Assembly: GCA_046484405.1 (NCBI GenBank) | Contig: JAWOIX010000074.1 | Location: 1,083 to 65,082, forward strand | Source of the DNA: Pelovirga sp. | Lineage (GTDB): Bacteria; Desulfobacterota; Desulfuromonadia; Desulfuromonadales; Geopsychrobacteraceae | Direction of reading: 5' to 3' | DNA: 64,000 bases | Part shown: positions 38,289-48,681 of the stretch, one piece after another | Position numbering within the stretch: position 1 is the stretch's first letter | How the letters are laid out: each line of letters begins with the position of its first letter | Translations under genes and position numbers: made by a program | The notes under the pieces: generated by a model | What the model was told of the DNA's origin: nothing | The model's database searches: none | The model's input: the letters and a program-made list of their open reading frames with translations, nothing else

Positions 38289-39326
38289 CTACTTCTGGCT
38301 CAGGCGATGGACACACTCGACCATGTGGATCGCATTTTCCGGCGGCACCGTTGGCAGGATGCCATGGCCGAGGTTGAAAATGAAACCCGGGCGGTCGCCG
38401 TTCTCGTCGAGAATCCGCCGAACTTCTTTTTCGATATAGTCCTTTGGCGCGTAGAGCACGGTCGGATCGAGGTTCCCCTGGACGGCAACTTTGTCACCCA
38501 GCAGATCGCGGGCCTTGCCAAGATTGACATGCCAGTCGAGGCCGATAACGTCGCTGCCCGCCTCTTTCACCAGCTCAAGCATGGTGCCGCCGTTCTTGAC
38601 GAAATAGATGATCGGAATGTCCTGGCGATCCAGGCCGTCGATCAACTGCTTGACGTAGGGAAGGTTGTAGCGTTCGAAATCGTGGGGGGCAAGGAGCCCG
38701 CCCCAGGTGTCAAAGATCTGGATGGCCTGGGCGCCGGCGGCAATCTGCATGTTGAGATAACGCCGGTCCATTTCGGTGACCTTTTGCATCAGGGCATCGT
38801 AAAGAGGGTAATCAGCGTACATGATCTGCTTGAGGCTGGCAAAATCCTTGCTCCCCTGCCCCTCCACCATGTAGCAGGCGAGGGTGAACGGAGCGCCGCC
38901 AAAGCCGATCAAAGGCACGCGCCCGGCGAAGGCGGTGCGCAGCCGCTTGATGATCTGCGGCACGTAGGGGACCGCTTCCGCCATGTCCTCGGGCACGATC
39001 AGCGCATCGACATCGGCGCTGGTCCGTACCGGGTTTTCAAACACCGGGCCGGGGACAAAATCGAGCTTCAGTCCCATCGGCTCCAACGGGGTGAGGATAT
39101 CGGAAAACAGGATCGCGGCATCGGCATCGAGGATGTCGATCGGCTGAATGGTCACCTCTGCCGCCCGCGCCGGGTCCTTGCACAGGTCAAGAAAGGTGCC
39201 GCCGCCCTGCGCGCGGACCTCTTTGTACTGGGGCAGATAGCGCCCGGCCTGACGCATCAGCCAGACAGGCACACGATCAACCGGCTGGCGCCAGCAGGCT
39301 TTGATAAAGTTATACTCAACGGACAT
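38289..39326 (-). CDS. hemE: Uroporphyrinogen decarboxylase
   Basis: PVWLMRQAGRYLP, LFSDIL, LIGFGGAPFTL, VQGNLDP and FNLGHGI motifs. Confidence 0.97.
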   Translation of the reverse strand: MSVEYNFIKACWRQPVDRVPVWLMRQAGRYLPQYKEVRAQGGGTFLDLCKDPARAAEVTIQPIDILDADAAILFSDILTPLEPMGLKLDFVPGPVFENPVRTSADVDALIVPEDMAEAVPYVPQIIKRLRTAFAGRVPLIGFGGAPFTLACYMVEGQGSKDFASLKQIMYADYPLYDALMQKVTEMDRRYLNMQIAAGAQAIQIFDTWGGLLAPHDFERYNLPYVKQLIDGLDRQDIPIIYFVKNGGTMLELVKEAGSDVIGLDWHVNLGKARDLLGDKVAVQGNLDPTVLYAPKDYIEKEVRRILDENGDRPGFIFNLGHGILPTVPPENAIHMVECVHRLSQK

Positions 39327-39394
39327 GGATAAGCCTCCTTAAAAAAGATGGTGCAGCACGGTGCTGCCATTGCACTAAAACTGTCCGTCGCAAA

Positions 39395-40501
39395 TTATTT
39401 TGCGACTGCTTCCGCGGCTTCTTCTGCCATCCGCTTGCGGGTCTGTTGCGGGATATAACTGCAGAACGGCTCTTCGGCCATGTAATCACCATACACGGCA
39501 TCTGCCCGGGCACGGCATCCGCCGCACACATTGATGAATTCACACTCACCACATTTTCCCGTATAGCGACTGAAGTCGCGCAGGTCTTTGAACACCTTGG
39601 AGTTGTACCAGAGCTCCTTGAAAGGAACCTGTTTGACGTTGCCGACCGAGGAGTGAAAGTAGGAGCAGGGCTTGAGATTGCCGAAACAATCGATCAGGCA
39701 GATCGACTGGGCAGCAATACACCCCTTGCCGCCGCCGGTCGAAAAGGTCAGGCTGCGACGCTTGAATTCGGCCCCTTCCGCCTTGGCCCGCTGGGGCACA
39801 ATCCGATAATAATGGGGAGCACAGGTCGGACGCATGAGGATCTCGTCTTCGTTCTTTTCCTGCTGATAGTGCCAGGAGAGAATCTCTTCGTAATCTTCAG
39901 GCGATATCAACTCGCTCATGATCTCTTCGCCGCGGCCGGTCGGCACAATCATGAACATGTACCAGGCCGTCGCGCCCAGTTCCTTCGCCACCCGGAAGGT
40001 CGCAGCAATATCCTGCTGATTCCGCTTGGTGAAGGAGGAATTGATCAGAAAGGGAATACCGTTGCGCTGCAGGGTTTCTGCGCCACGCACCACGCCGGCA
40101 AAGGCGCCCGGACTGTTACGGAAGTTGTCGTGAATCTCGGCGGTCGAACCGTCGAGAGACAGGGAGACCATCTTGATGTCGGCACGTTTCATTTCCGCGC
40201 AGACGTCATCTGTGATCAGGGTCCCGTTGGTCGCCATGCACATGCGTAACCCTTTGGACGTACCGTAACGGGCAATCTCGAAGATATCCTTGCGCAGCAA
40301 CGGTTCGCCGCCCGAGAGAACCAGGACCGGCTTGCTCACTTCGCAGATGTCATCGATCAGCTTGAACGCTTCCTCGGTGTTGAAATCTCCGGCAGCGGAT
40401 GTCATCTCCGAAGAACACCGGCAATGCACGCAATTCAGGTTGCACTGCTGGGTTGTCTCCCAGGCGATCCACTTTGGAATATATTCCTTTGTTGCCGTCA
40501 T
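39395..40501 (-). CDS. ahbD: Radical SAM/SPASM protein, AhbD/NirJ-like (probable coproheme decarboxylase / heme b synthase)
   Basis: [31 protein letters not shown] and [17 protein letters not shown] motifs; heads hemE-hemH. Confidence 0.72.
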   Translation of the reverse strand: MTATKEYIPKWIAWETTQQCNLNCVHCRCSSEMTSAAGDFNTEEAFKLIDDICEVSKPVLVLSGGEPLLRKDIFEIARYGTSKGLRMCMATNGTLITDDVCAEMKRADIKMVSLSLDGSTAEIHDNFRNSPGAFAGVVRGAETLQRNGIPFLINSSFTKRNQQDIAATFRVAKELGATAWYMFMIVPTGRGEEIMSELISPEDYEEILSWHYQQEKNEDEILMRPTCAPHYYRIVPQRAKAEGAEFKRRSLTFSTGGGKGCIAAQSICLIDCFGNLKPCSYFHSSVGNVKQVPFKELWYNSKVFKDLRDFSRYTGKCGECEFINVCGGCRARADAVYGDYMAEEPFCSYIPQQTRKRMAEEAAEAVAK

Positions 40502-41061
40502 GCAATCTCCTTTGGCAGGGGGGTAGAAAAGCCCGTTCATGGCAGTTACTGACGCCGGATGCTGAGCATGTCACTGCGCGACATTCGTGCAAACATCCGC
40601 TGTTTATCCAACGACTGCCGACTCTTCCTGCATCCCTGAAGTTTTACAGGCTTTTTTGCCGGCCTGCTCGGCGCATACTAATCGGGTAATGTACTACGGA
40701 GTGACCCCTGACTCAAGTATTTCATCCGCCGCAGCAGCAGCTTGCGTGCTTTTTTTGTCGCAATGACCCCCGCGCAGGGGCAAAAACAGCGCGGCCATCG
40801 GGATGCGGCAGGAAAGGGAAACGGGCAGGATGACACGGAAAGATCATGGTTAGCGGGACAGTCACCCTGCGGGCCCGCTGCCGGCATACCAGGCGTCACC
40901 ACACCGGCAGCGACAGGCCTGACAGGGGTTGAGCCGCTGCCGGGACCATGGCGCAAGAAGGCTCAGGGAATGGGCAAACAAAGACGTCAGGTGGAGGAAA
41001 GAAGGGCTGTTGCAGCGCGTTCCGCTGCGGCGGCAATGCTAAAAAGCTTTTTCCCAGCGGA

Positions 41062-42141
41062 TCAGCGGTCCTGCGCGGCGACCTCGCCAAACAGCTCGGC
41101 AAAGATGTCTTTTACCGTTGTGATCCGCTCCGTCTTCCAGGCGTTGGTGCCACAGAAGATCAGGCCGGTGTCCCGGTCTCCCCGTTGCGCCCGATCAAGG
41201 GCACAGACAATGCAGAATCGTTCACGGTTCTCCTTGTAGGTACATTTTTTCAGACAGCCGGCAGGGCAGTAGAGATCCACATCGATATCGCGCTGCCGGA
41301 TCGCCGGGACATTGCCGATCAGGGCGCGTCCGGGCAGACCTGCCGGACTCATCATCAAGCCAATATCCTCGGGCCGGCAATCGATATAAGCCTGCTTGAA
41401 GGCATCGTCGGCATCACATTCCCGGGTCGCGACAAAGCGGCTGGCCATCTGCACGGCATCAGCACCCTGCTCGAGGGCGTATTCAAGATCCTGGCGGTCC
41501 CAGACACCGCCGGCAGCGATAATCGGAATCTGCAGATCCCACTGACTGGCGAAGTAGTCCTTCACCGCACGCACCGTTGCGTACTGATCGTACACACCGA
41601 TACCGATGCGTTCGGGCTTTTCTCCGAGGTGCCCGCCGGCGGTATCGGGATCTTCCACCACCACGGCATCGGGCAGCCGCTGGTAACTCTTATGCCACTT
41701 GCGCGCGATCAGCTCCGCCGCCTTGAGGGAAGAAACGATCGGTACCAGGGCCACGTCCGGATAAGCGGCCGTCAGTCCCGGCAAACTCAGGGGCAACCCG
41801 GCGCCACTGACAATCAGCTTGGCCCCACCCTCGCAGGCAGCGCGGACGACATCGTCATAATTGCTCACCGCAACCATGCAGTTAACACCGATAACTCCGT
41901 GCGGGGCGATTTCATAAGCCTTGCGCAACTCATCCAGCAACGCCAGGCGATCCGCGGCAAAATAATTCTGCGCGGGATAGTGCTCACTGCGCAGCGCCAG
42001 CCCGGGAGTGGCAATCACGCCGATGCCGCCATTGCGCGCCACATGACCGGCCAGGCGATGGGCGGAAACGCGCACGCCCATCCCCCCCTGGATCAGCGGG
42101 TAGGGGACGCTGTGCTTGCCGATGGTCAATCCGTTCACCAT
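41062..42141 (-). CDS. Nitronate monooxygenase / FabK-like flavin oxidoreductase
   Basis: LIQGGMGV, SGAGLP, PIVSS, AGGHLG, IAAGG and QMASRF motifs. Confidence 0.85.
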   Translation of the reverse strand: MVNGLTIGKHSVPYPLIQGGMGVRVSAHRLAGHVARNGGIGVIATPGLALRSEHYPAQNYFAADRLALLDELRKAYEIAPHGVIGVNCMVAVSNYDDVVRAACEGGAKLIVSGAGLPLSLPGLTAAYPDVALVPIVSSLKAAELIARKWHKSYQRLPDAVVVEDPDTAGGHLGEKPERIGIGVYDQYATVRAVKDYFASQWDLQIPIIAAGGVWDRQDLEYALEQGADAVQMASRFVATRECDADDAFKQAYIDCRPEDIGLMMSPAGLPGRALIGNVPAIRQRDIDVDLYCPAGCLKKCTYKENRERFCIVCALDRAQRGDRDTGLIFCGTNAWKTERITTVKDIFAELFGEVAAQDR

Positions 42142-42257
42142 GTTCTGTCTCCTGTTGCCTAAAGATATCTGAAAATACTATCGTAATAGGTAGAACAGAA
42201 ATGTAATAGTTGTGTAAAATCTGGGGGACGCCCTGCTTCCACCAAGCGGAAAGGAAC

Positions 42258-43214
42258 ATGACCCCGTTGCGACGCCTTTTTCACCCCCTGATGACCTTTA
42301 TCGGCATCCAGATCCTCTGGATTCTGTTTCTGATTTTCTGGATCTACTGGTTTCTTAGCCGCCATCGTCAGCTCAAGGAGCTGGCCACCCGCTACCAGGC
42401 CGAATGGCTGCCGGACACCAGTGACTGGCTGATTCTGGCGGAAGGCATTATTCTGCTGGTCGCAATTCTCATCGGGGTTTACGTCATTTTCATCTACTGG
42501 CGGCGCCAGGCTGCGCTCAACCAGGCCCAGCGCCGCTTTATCAGCCAGGTGACCCACGAACTCAAATCCCCCCTCGCCTCGCTCACACTGCATCTCGACA
42601 CGATCCAGATGCGGCCGCCCGATGCCAAACAGCTCGAGCACTTCGTCGTTTTGATGCAGAAGGACTGCGAGCGCCTCGACAACATGGTCAACAACCTGCT
42701 GACGGCCAGCCGTATCGAGCACAGGGGCTCCATCCTCAACCTGCAGCCGGGCAACCTGTCGCAGATGGTCGCAAGCTACCTGCAGCACAAACAACCGACC
42801 CTTCCGGCCGGGGTCAGTCTTGCCTGGCATGTTGAGCCAAACCTGCCGGCGCTCTTTGATCCGGAGGCCATGGAAACCGTGTTACGCAACCTGCTGGAGA
42901 ATGCCATCCTCTATGCGGATGGTGACGCGCAGATAAACGTCGAGCTGCGTCGCAATGCCGCCATGGCGCATATCATCTTCAGTGACCAGGGGCATAAAAT
43001 TCCGCGCCACTATCGCAAGAAAATCTTCAAGATGTTCTATCGTATCAAGCAGCCCGGCAAAACCATCCGCGGCAGCGGCCTGGGATTATTTATCGTTCAC
43101 AATGTTATCCGTATGCATGGCGGCAGAATCTGGCTCGACACGGCAGGCGATAAACCGGGCAACCGCTTCCACATGATGCTGCCTCTCCACGACACGGGAG
43201 GAGTCAATGACTGA
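42258..43214 (+). CDS. Sensor histidine kinase
   Basis: Two TM helices; THELKSPL (H box), NLLENAILY, DQG and GSGLGL motifs. Confidence 0.92.
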   Translation: MTPLRRLFHPLMTFIGIQILWILFLIFWIYWFLSRHRQLKELATRYQAEWLPDTSDWLILAEGIILLVAILIGVYVIFIYWRRQAALNQAQRRFISQVTHELKSPLASLTLHLDTIQMRPPDAKQLEHFVVLMQKDCERLDNMVNNLLTASRIEHRGSILNLQPGNLSQMVASYLQHKQPTLPAGVSLAWHVEPNLPALFDPEAMETVLRNLLENAILYADGDAQINVELRRNAAMAHIIFSDQGHKIPRHYRKKIFKMFYRIKQPGKTIRGSGLGLFIVHNVIRMHGGRIWLDTAGDKPGNRFHMMLPLHDTGGVND

Positions 43215-43908
43215 CAGGATTCCATTACTGCTGGTCGAAGATGAACCGCATATCGCCCTGGGAATCGTCTACAACCTTGAAGCGGAAGGTTACCAGGTCA
43301 CCCTGGTTGACTGCGGCGAAGCGGCTCTCGAGAAAATTCACAGCAACGCCTATGCCCTGCTGATCCTTGACCTGACCTTGCCGGGCATGGATGGACTGAA
43401 GGTCTGTGACCAGCTGCGTGAGGAAGGGAACCAGATCCCGATACTGATGTTGACGGCCCGGGATACCCAGCAAGACCGCATCGCCGGGCTCAGCAAGGGT
43501 GCGGATGATTACCTGACCAAACCCTTCCACCTGAAAGAGTTCCTCCTGCGCGTCGCCAGCCTGTTGCGCCGCACACCCTGGCCGCCGCCACAGCTCGCTG
43601 CCGGGTACCAGTTCGGCGACAACCGTGTCGACCCCGCGACCCGCCAGGCAACGACAGCACAGGGACCCATTCAATTGACCGAGCTGGAAATCAGGATGCT
43701 CCGGCTGTTTTTTGATAATGAAGGACGCGTGCTGTCCCGGGGAGAACTGCTCAGGCAGGTGTGGGGGCTGTCGCCGGAAACAGAAACCAGAACCCTCGAC
43801 AACTTTATCGTTCGACTGCGTAAATACTTTGAAATCGACCCGGCCAGGCCGCGCTATTTCACGACCGTGCGCGGCTTTGGCTATCGTTTTGTGCGTGACC
43901 CGCAGTAG
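43207..43908 (+). CDS. OmpR/PhoB family response regulator
   Basis: LLVEDE, LDLTLPGMDG, GADDYLTKPF, TRTLDNFIVRLRK and TVRGFGYRF motifs. Confidence 0.94.
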   Translation: MTDRIPLLLVEDEPHIALGIVYNLEAEGYQVTLVDCGEAALEKIHSNAYALLILDLTLPGMDGLKVCDQLREEGNQIPILMLTARDTQQDRIAGLSKGADDYLTKPFHLKEFLLRVASLLRRTPWPPPQLAAGYQFGDNRVDPATRQATTAQGPIQLTELEIRMLRLFFDNEGRVLSRGELLRQVWGLSPETETRTLDNFIVRLRKYFEIDPARPRYFTTVRGFGYRFVRDPQ

Positions 43909-43979
43909 GCTGCCAGCGGCGCCGTGTGCCACCCCCGCAGCAGTGCCGCAGCCAATTGTTGAACCGCGTTGCTGCCCGG

Positions 43980-44849
43980 CTAACGAATCACGGGACGGGC
44001 CAGGGTGCCACCGATCTGCAACGTGTAGCTGCCGTCCGGGGTCGGGCGCACACCGGTCAGGGAGAGTAGGTCACGCACTCCGACGGGGGTCTGGGTGGTC
44101 GGCAGAAGCCGGATATTGAGATTCAGCCGGGTCCGCTCGGGGGTCGGTCCCACCAGCAGGGTGCCACCACCGGTGACGTCCAGCGCCCCGCCGACAACGG
44201 ACAACTGTTCGAGACTGACCCGCATGTCACTGAAACGTCCGGCAATCTGGACCGCGCCCAAGGGGAAGTCCGCTGCCAGACCGATCTGCTCAAGTCCAAG
44301 GACACTGGCCTGCTGGATACTGGCGCTGAAGGTGCCCTGTCCCTGTTCTGCCCCTGCGGCAAGGTTCTCGCCCTGGAACTCGGCCGTCAGCAGGCCATTG
44401 ATCCGATAGGCCATCTCGGCACCAAACAACTCCAGCAGACGGATCTCGCGCAGCCTGAGCGACAGATCGCCGTCGCGCGCAATGCGCGAATTCAACTGGC
44501 CACCGGCCAGGTCCCCCTTAAAGGCAATCGCCTGGTTACGCGTCACCAGCGAAGCCCAGGCCGGGGTCATCCGCAGGTCCTCAATCACCAGGTCAGCGAG
44601 TTCCGGGTATTTGGATAAAACGGTCAGGTCCAGCCGCAACCCGAGGGGAACCAACATGGCGGCATTGTCCCCGCGCATTTTAATCCCCGACTCACGCGAA
44701 ATTTCCTGAACCAGGCGCTGCTCCAGAACTTCCGCCGGGAAAAACGTCCAGAAGGAAAAAAAAGCACCGACAACAAACAGCAGCAGGCAGATCAGAAAAA
44801 GCCTGAGGTTGTCAGCCACACCACTCCATTTCAGCAGAAACCGTTTCAT
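43980..44849 (-). CDS. gspN: Type II secretion protein N
   Basis: N-terminal TM, beta-rich body, IGGTLARP end; last gene of the gsp cluster. Confidence 0.75.
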   Translation of the reverse strand: MKRFLLKWSGVADNLRLFLICLLLFVVGAFFSFWTFFPAEVLEQRLVQEISRESGIKMRGDNAAMLVPLGLRLDLTVLSKYPELADLVIEDLRMTPAWASLVTRNQAIAFKGDLAGGQLNSRIARDGDLSLRLREIRLLELFGAEMAYRINGLLTAEFQGENLAAGAEQGQGTFSASIQQASVLGLEQIGLAADFPLGAVQIAGRFSDMRVSLEQLSVVGGALDVTGGGTLLVGPTPERTRLNLNIRLLPTTQTPVGVRDLLSLTGVRPTPDGSYTLQIGGTLARPVIR

Positions 44850-45364
44850 GCACGCTCCACGGACATCAGAACCAGATTAACGTCAAGCAGCGAACGGTCG
44901 TCAAAACGTGGCCGCACCCGCAGTGAGCGAACCTGGATACCATGACTTTGGTACTCGGCCGCATGCAGGAGCCTGACCAGCTGGCTTAAGGAAATTCTCT
45001 CCAGGCGCACTTCAACCAGCTGCTGCCGGAATCCTCCCTGCACCGATTCCGGCTGGGGTCGCATGGACAGAAGCTGATCACGTACGCCGGTCTGCTTGGT
45101 CAGGTTTTCCACCTGGGAAAAGAGCGGCCGGCCGGAACTGCGCTGCGACTCGACGGCCGCCAGCTGCTGGCGCAACCGGGAAATCTGCTGACTCATCGCC
45201 TCGACCTGATCGAAGTTGCGCCGCTGCCCCTCGATCCGGCGATCGAGGTCCTGCATGGTCGTAAAATAAGGACTCAACAGAACCAGCCAGACGAACAAAG
45301 CCACCAGGAACAGTGCTCCGACCAGAACGGCTGTACGCTCACGGGTATCCAGTCGCCCTATCAT
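44846..45364 (-). CDS. gspM: Type II secretion protein M
   Basis: LDTRER-TM-coiled coil architecture; position after gspL. Confidence 0.8.
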   Translation of the reverse strand: MIGRLDTRERTAVLVGALFLVALFVWLVLLSPYFTTMQDLDRRIEGQRRNFDQVEAMSQQISRLRQQLAAVESQRSSGRPLFSQVENLTKQTGVRDQLLSMRPQPESVQGGFRQQLVEVRLERISLSQLVRLLHAAEYQSHGIQVRSLRVRPRFDDRSLLDVNLVLMSVERA

Positions 45365-46749
45365 TGGTCACCCCCCGCTGCCATCACCAGGCGCAGCTCA
45401 AAATCGACCCGGACGTTATCGGCCGCCAGGCGCGCATTGGCGATGGTGACCTCGCTGAACAGCTTACGCGCACCAAGATCTTCGGTAATCTGGTTGACGG
45501 CATCAAAAGACTCGGCGTTGCCGGCAATCCGCACCTCGCTGGCGCTGTAGTTGAAATCCTGCAGTTCGATACGCAGATCTTCGGCAATAGCCGTCGACAG
45601 CTCCTTCAGGACCGCAACGGCGCCGCGGCCGTCGAGGCCGAACACCTGGACTTCGGTCTGCAGTTGCCGCAGCTGACTTTCCATCTGCAGCGGAACGTCA
45701 ACCACCACCGACCCGGCCGGCATGGCCTGTTGAAACATGCGCCGCATCGTGTTCGTCAGTGCCGTTTCTTCGGAGGACTTCTGCAGATAGCTCAGATGCA
45801 TGGTCGCCGCGCCGCCGACCAGCACCAGCAGCAGCAGGATCGCTGCGACAATCAGCTTCGGACGCATCATCTCCAGCTGGCCACGTGCGGCGAATTCCCC
45901 CTGGCGAAAATTCAGTGCATTGGTGTTCGCCTTGCCGCGGAGTTCCGCCAGGGCCAGCAGGGCCACCGGTGCCATTTCCGGGGACAGATCGGGGCCGAAA
46001 GCCTCCTCCGCCGGGTTCAGCAATTCACGCCCCGTTTCCCGCACCAGCTGCAGCAGGGCCTCGGTCACTCCGGCGCCGAACAACCACAGGGGCAACTCGT
46101 CGTGACCGGCGGCATACTCGAGCTGGCTGATCTGCTGGCCGACAAAATCGAACAGATCCTCCTCACCGATTTCTGAAGTTCCGGGTAACAGTCGGTAATC
46201 GTAAAGTTTCCCCTCGATGATCAGGGCAACAACAACCTCGATGCGCCGGCAGTAGATCAGAATTCCGGTTTTTTCCCCAAGAGCCGGCAACAGGGCAAAG
46301 GGGAACAGATCGACCCGCGCAGGGTTCTGTTCCGGCTCGGGGAAGTAAGTCAGTAATTCCGAGATTTCCTGTTTATTGACCGCAAAAGCATCGACTTCAT
46401 AATCGTTGTCGCGGGCACGGGGCGCAGTAAATGCGAGAATCTGTTCATTCAGCGAAACGGGCAGATGGGCAGAGAGGGCCAGCGGCAGAGCAGCGGCAAT
46501 CTTGTTTTTCTCGCGAAAAGGAAAACGCAGGCGACGGTAGAGGCCGACGCGGCAGGGCAGCGCCGAGACCATGCGATCGGTCATCATCGTCTTACCGCTG
46601 AGAACCTCGCGCAGGGCCTCACAGGCCTCTTCGGGAGAGTCATAACTGCGCCGGTCGAGCTCAAACTCCACCTTCCCCGAGACAAGTTCGACAATCGCGA
46701 CCCTGACTTCCGCCCCTTCAAGATCAACACCGATGACACGTTTATGCAT
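45361..46749 (-). CDS. gspL: Type II secretion protein L
   Basis: Actin-like cytoplasmic domain (VIGVD, LRFPF), LNFRQGEFA, TM helix, periplasmic domain. Confidence 0.85.
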   Translation of the reverse strand: MHKRVIGVDLEGAEVRVAIVELVSGKVEFELDRRSYDSPEEACEALREVLSGKTMMTDRMVSALPCRVGLYRRLRFPFREKNKIAAALPLALSAHLPVSLNEQILAFTAPRARDNDYEVDAFAVNKQEISELLTYFPEPEQNPARVDLFPFALLPALGEKTGILIYCRRIEVVVALIIEGKLYDYRLLPGTSEIGEEDLFDFVGQQISQLEYAAGHDELPLWLFGAGVTEALLQLVRETGRELLNPAEEAFGPDLSPEMAPVALLALAELRGKANTNALNFRQGEFAARGQLEMMRPKLIVAAILLLLVLVGGAATMHLSYLQKSSEETALTNTMRRMFQQAMPAGSVVVDVPLQMESQLRQLQTEVQVFGLDGRGAVAVLKELSTAIAEDLRIELQDFNYSASEVRIAGNAESFDAVNQITEDLGARKLFSEVTIANARLAADNVRVDFELRLVMAAGGDQ

Positions 46750-46754
46750 AGAAT

Positions 46755-47702
46755 TTATTCCATCTTCAAGCTGAGCAAAAGATTGCCCTGCTTTGCGACA
46801 ATCGCCGAAGCCCTGCGGCTTCCCTCATTGACCCGACCTAAGCTCTCGACCTCATAGAACAGGCCACGAACGGCGATCGAACCCTGGACCCAGGCCGTCG
46901 ACCAACGCGTACCGATCCCTTCGGCCTCCCCCATATCCGCCAGTTCACGAAAGGGGGTGTTGCGGCGGTACTGCACCAGGATGTCGATATCCAGCCGGTC
47001 AAAAATGATCTCCACATTGCCACGGGCAGCCGCATACTGCCAGGCATAAAGAACCTCGGCTGACGCCGTGTTGACATTGATCTGCTCGGTGCCGACAACC
47101 CTGACATAAGGTCGGAGGTCCTCAAGGATCTGTTCGTCGAAGCCCCTGATCAGCAGCAGTTCGTCGAGAACCGTCAACTTGGCCCCGCGGCGACGATAGG
47201 GCGGCGTCTGCTGTCCGTAGTAGGCGTCATCCGTCGTCACCACCGCCAGGTCACTATTGTACCAGTTTACCAGTGAATCGGCCAAAGCCTGGGCCTCGGC
47301 TTCCTCCACCTGCAGCACCTCTTCGCACAGGGCAACAAAACGGTGGTAACCCGGCAGAGGGTTGCCACGTTCATCGCCGACGAAATTAATGTTCATGCGG
47401 CCGCTCAGATCCTCGATCCGCAGACTGACGTCACCATCCCCGGCAGGGATACCGGCCATCGGCTGGCCCCAGAACTCCTCCGGGTGGTCGTACGGGTTAT
47501 CGTCCAGCTGCAGAATAATCCGTGCGGCCTCAACTCCGCCCCGCGCCAGATAATAGGCCTTACTGCGGTCGCGAAAGGTTTCGACGGCGCGCAGATCCAC
47601 CAGGGTGGAGAAGGAAAACTCGATCAACAGACCGCTGAGCAGGGCCACAATCGCCAGCACCATCAGCAGCGCCATGCCCTTCTCGTTGTGCAGGCGCTTC
47701 AT
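46755..47702 (-). CDS. gspK: Type II secretion minor pseudopilin K
   Basis: KGMALLMVL prepilin-like start; IEDLSGRMNIN, ELLLIRG and INVNTA motifs. Confidence 0.9.
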   Translation of the reverse strand: MKRLHNEKGMALLMVLAIVALLSGLLIEFSFSTLVDLRAVETFRDRSKAYYLARGGVEAARIILQLDDNPYDHPEEFWGQPMAGIPAGDGDVSLRIEDLSGRMNINFVGDERGNPLPGYHRFVALCEEVLQVEEAEAQALADSLVNWYNSDLAVVTTDDAYYGQQTPPYRRRGAKLTVLDELLLIRGFDEQILEDLRPYVRVVGTEQINVNTASAEVLYAWQYAAARGNVEIIFDRLDIDILVQYRRNTPFRELADMGEAEGIGTRWSTAWVQGSIAVRGLFYEVESLGRVNEGSRRASAIVAKQGNLLLSLKME

Positions 47703-48292
47703 CCGCTTCCTCCGGTCAGCACAAAGCTGCTGCGAAACGGTGTCGGCGCATCCCCGCTTATCTCAATGTCAAACAAAATCTCGATCATCCGGGGAGGATG
47801 TCCGGCAGACCAGCTGTCGTGCCACTGACCGTCGTCATAATAACGCAGCGTGAAAGATGACAGGTCGGTCACAAATGGCAGAGCTTCCAGAGGGGCCAGA
47901 TCAACGAGGATCATCTGCTCGCTGCGGAACAGGGTGGCACTCTCGTCGACTTCGCGCAGCTCGTAGCGCACCCGCGTGAGACCTCCCCCTTTTTTCTGTA
48001 AAGGCGATGCCAGCTCCGTGTTGAACTCCAGGTAGGGAGTCCCGAACTCCGTGCTGCCGGCAACCAGGGGGGGCTGGCTACCGATCGGGGAAAACCTCAT
48101 GCTACTGAGCTCACCACCGATCCGGTCGAAAAAAATCCGTGCCTGATGATAGAGAATCCCTTCCCTCTCAAACCGTTCGCGGGCCGCACTGACCGAACCG
48201 AACACGCCATAAACGCCCGACAGCAGCAGCCCGACGATGGTGACAGCGACCACCACCTCAATCAGGGTAAAACCTGGTCCGGCGTGTCTCAT
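47699..48292 (-). CDS. gspJ: Type II secretion minor pseudopilin J
   Basis: GFTLIEVVVAV N-methylation site; gene order. Confidence 0.82.
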   Translation of the reverse strand: MRHAGPGFTLIEVVVAVTIVGLLLSGVYGVFGSVSAARERFEREGILYHQARIFFDRIGGELSSMRFSPIGSQPPLVAGSTEFGTPYLEFNTELASPLQKKGGGLTRVRYELREVDESATLFRSEQMILVDLAPLEALPFVTDLSSFTLRYYDDGQWHDSWSAGHPPRMIEILFDIEISGDAPTPFRSSFVLTGGSG

Positions 48293-48681
48293 CAGAGATC
48301 TCCGGCGGAGACGAAAGAGGTCAGCTCCACCTGCTCATTGAGTTCTGCGCGTCCCCAGACCACCGTTATCTGCACCTGTCTGACCTGGGGGAGAGGGGTC
48401 CCCTCATAGCTGATCTGCCAGCGGAAGTCAGCGAAAGGCTCGTCAAAGACGCCCTCCTGGTCCGAACCGATGATCCCTGCAGCGCCGAGTTCCAGCTCAT
48501 GTTCCGTCATCAGCTGCTGGGCCAGCAGTGTTGCCCGGGTCAGCTTCTGAATTCTGTCCTGGACCAGGATCGTCCGGTTTGACAATCCCAGCAGGGTGAC
48601 CAGGGCAATGGCGATCACGGCCATGGCGATCATCACTTCAAGGAGTGAGAATCCTTCAGGGCATTGCGGTCTTGGCCTCAT
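48292..48681 (-). CDS. gspI: Type II secretion minor pseudopilin I
   Basis: GFSLLEVMIAMAV; gene order. Confidence 0.85.
   Translation of the reverse strand: MRPRPQCPEGFSLLEVMIAMAVIAIALVTLLGLSNRTILVQDRIQKLTRATLLAQQLMTEHELELGAAGIIGSDQEGVFDEPFADFRWQISYEGTPLPQVRQVQITVVWGRAELNEQVELTSFVSAGDL

Noticed and set aside
40510-41060. 550-nt gap between the radical SAM gene and the flavin oxidoreductase
   Set aside because: Only short GC-rich hairpins and low-complexity ORFs; no supportable gene or RNA.
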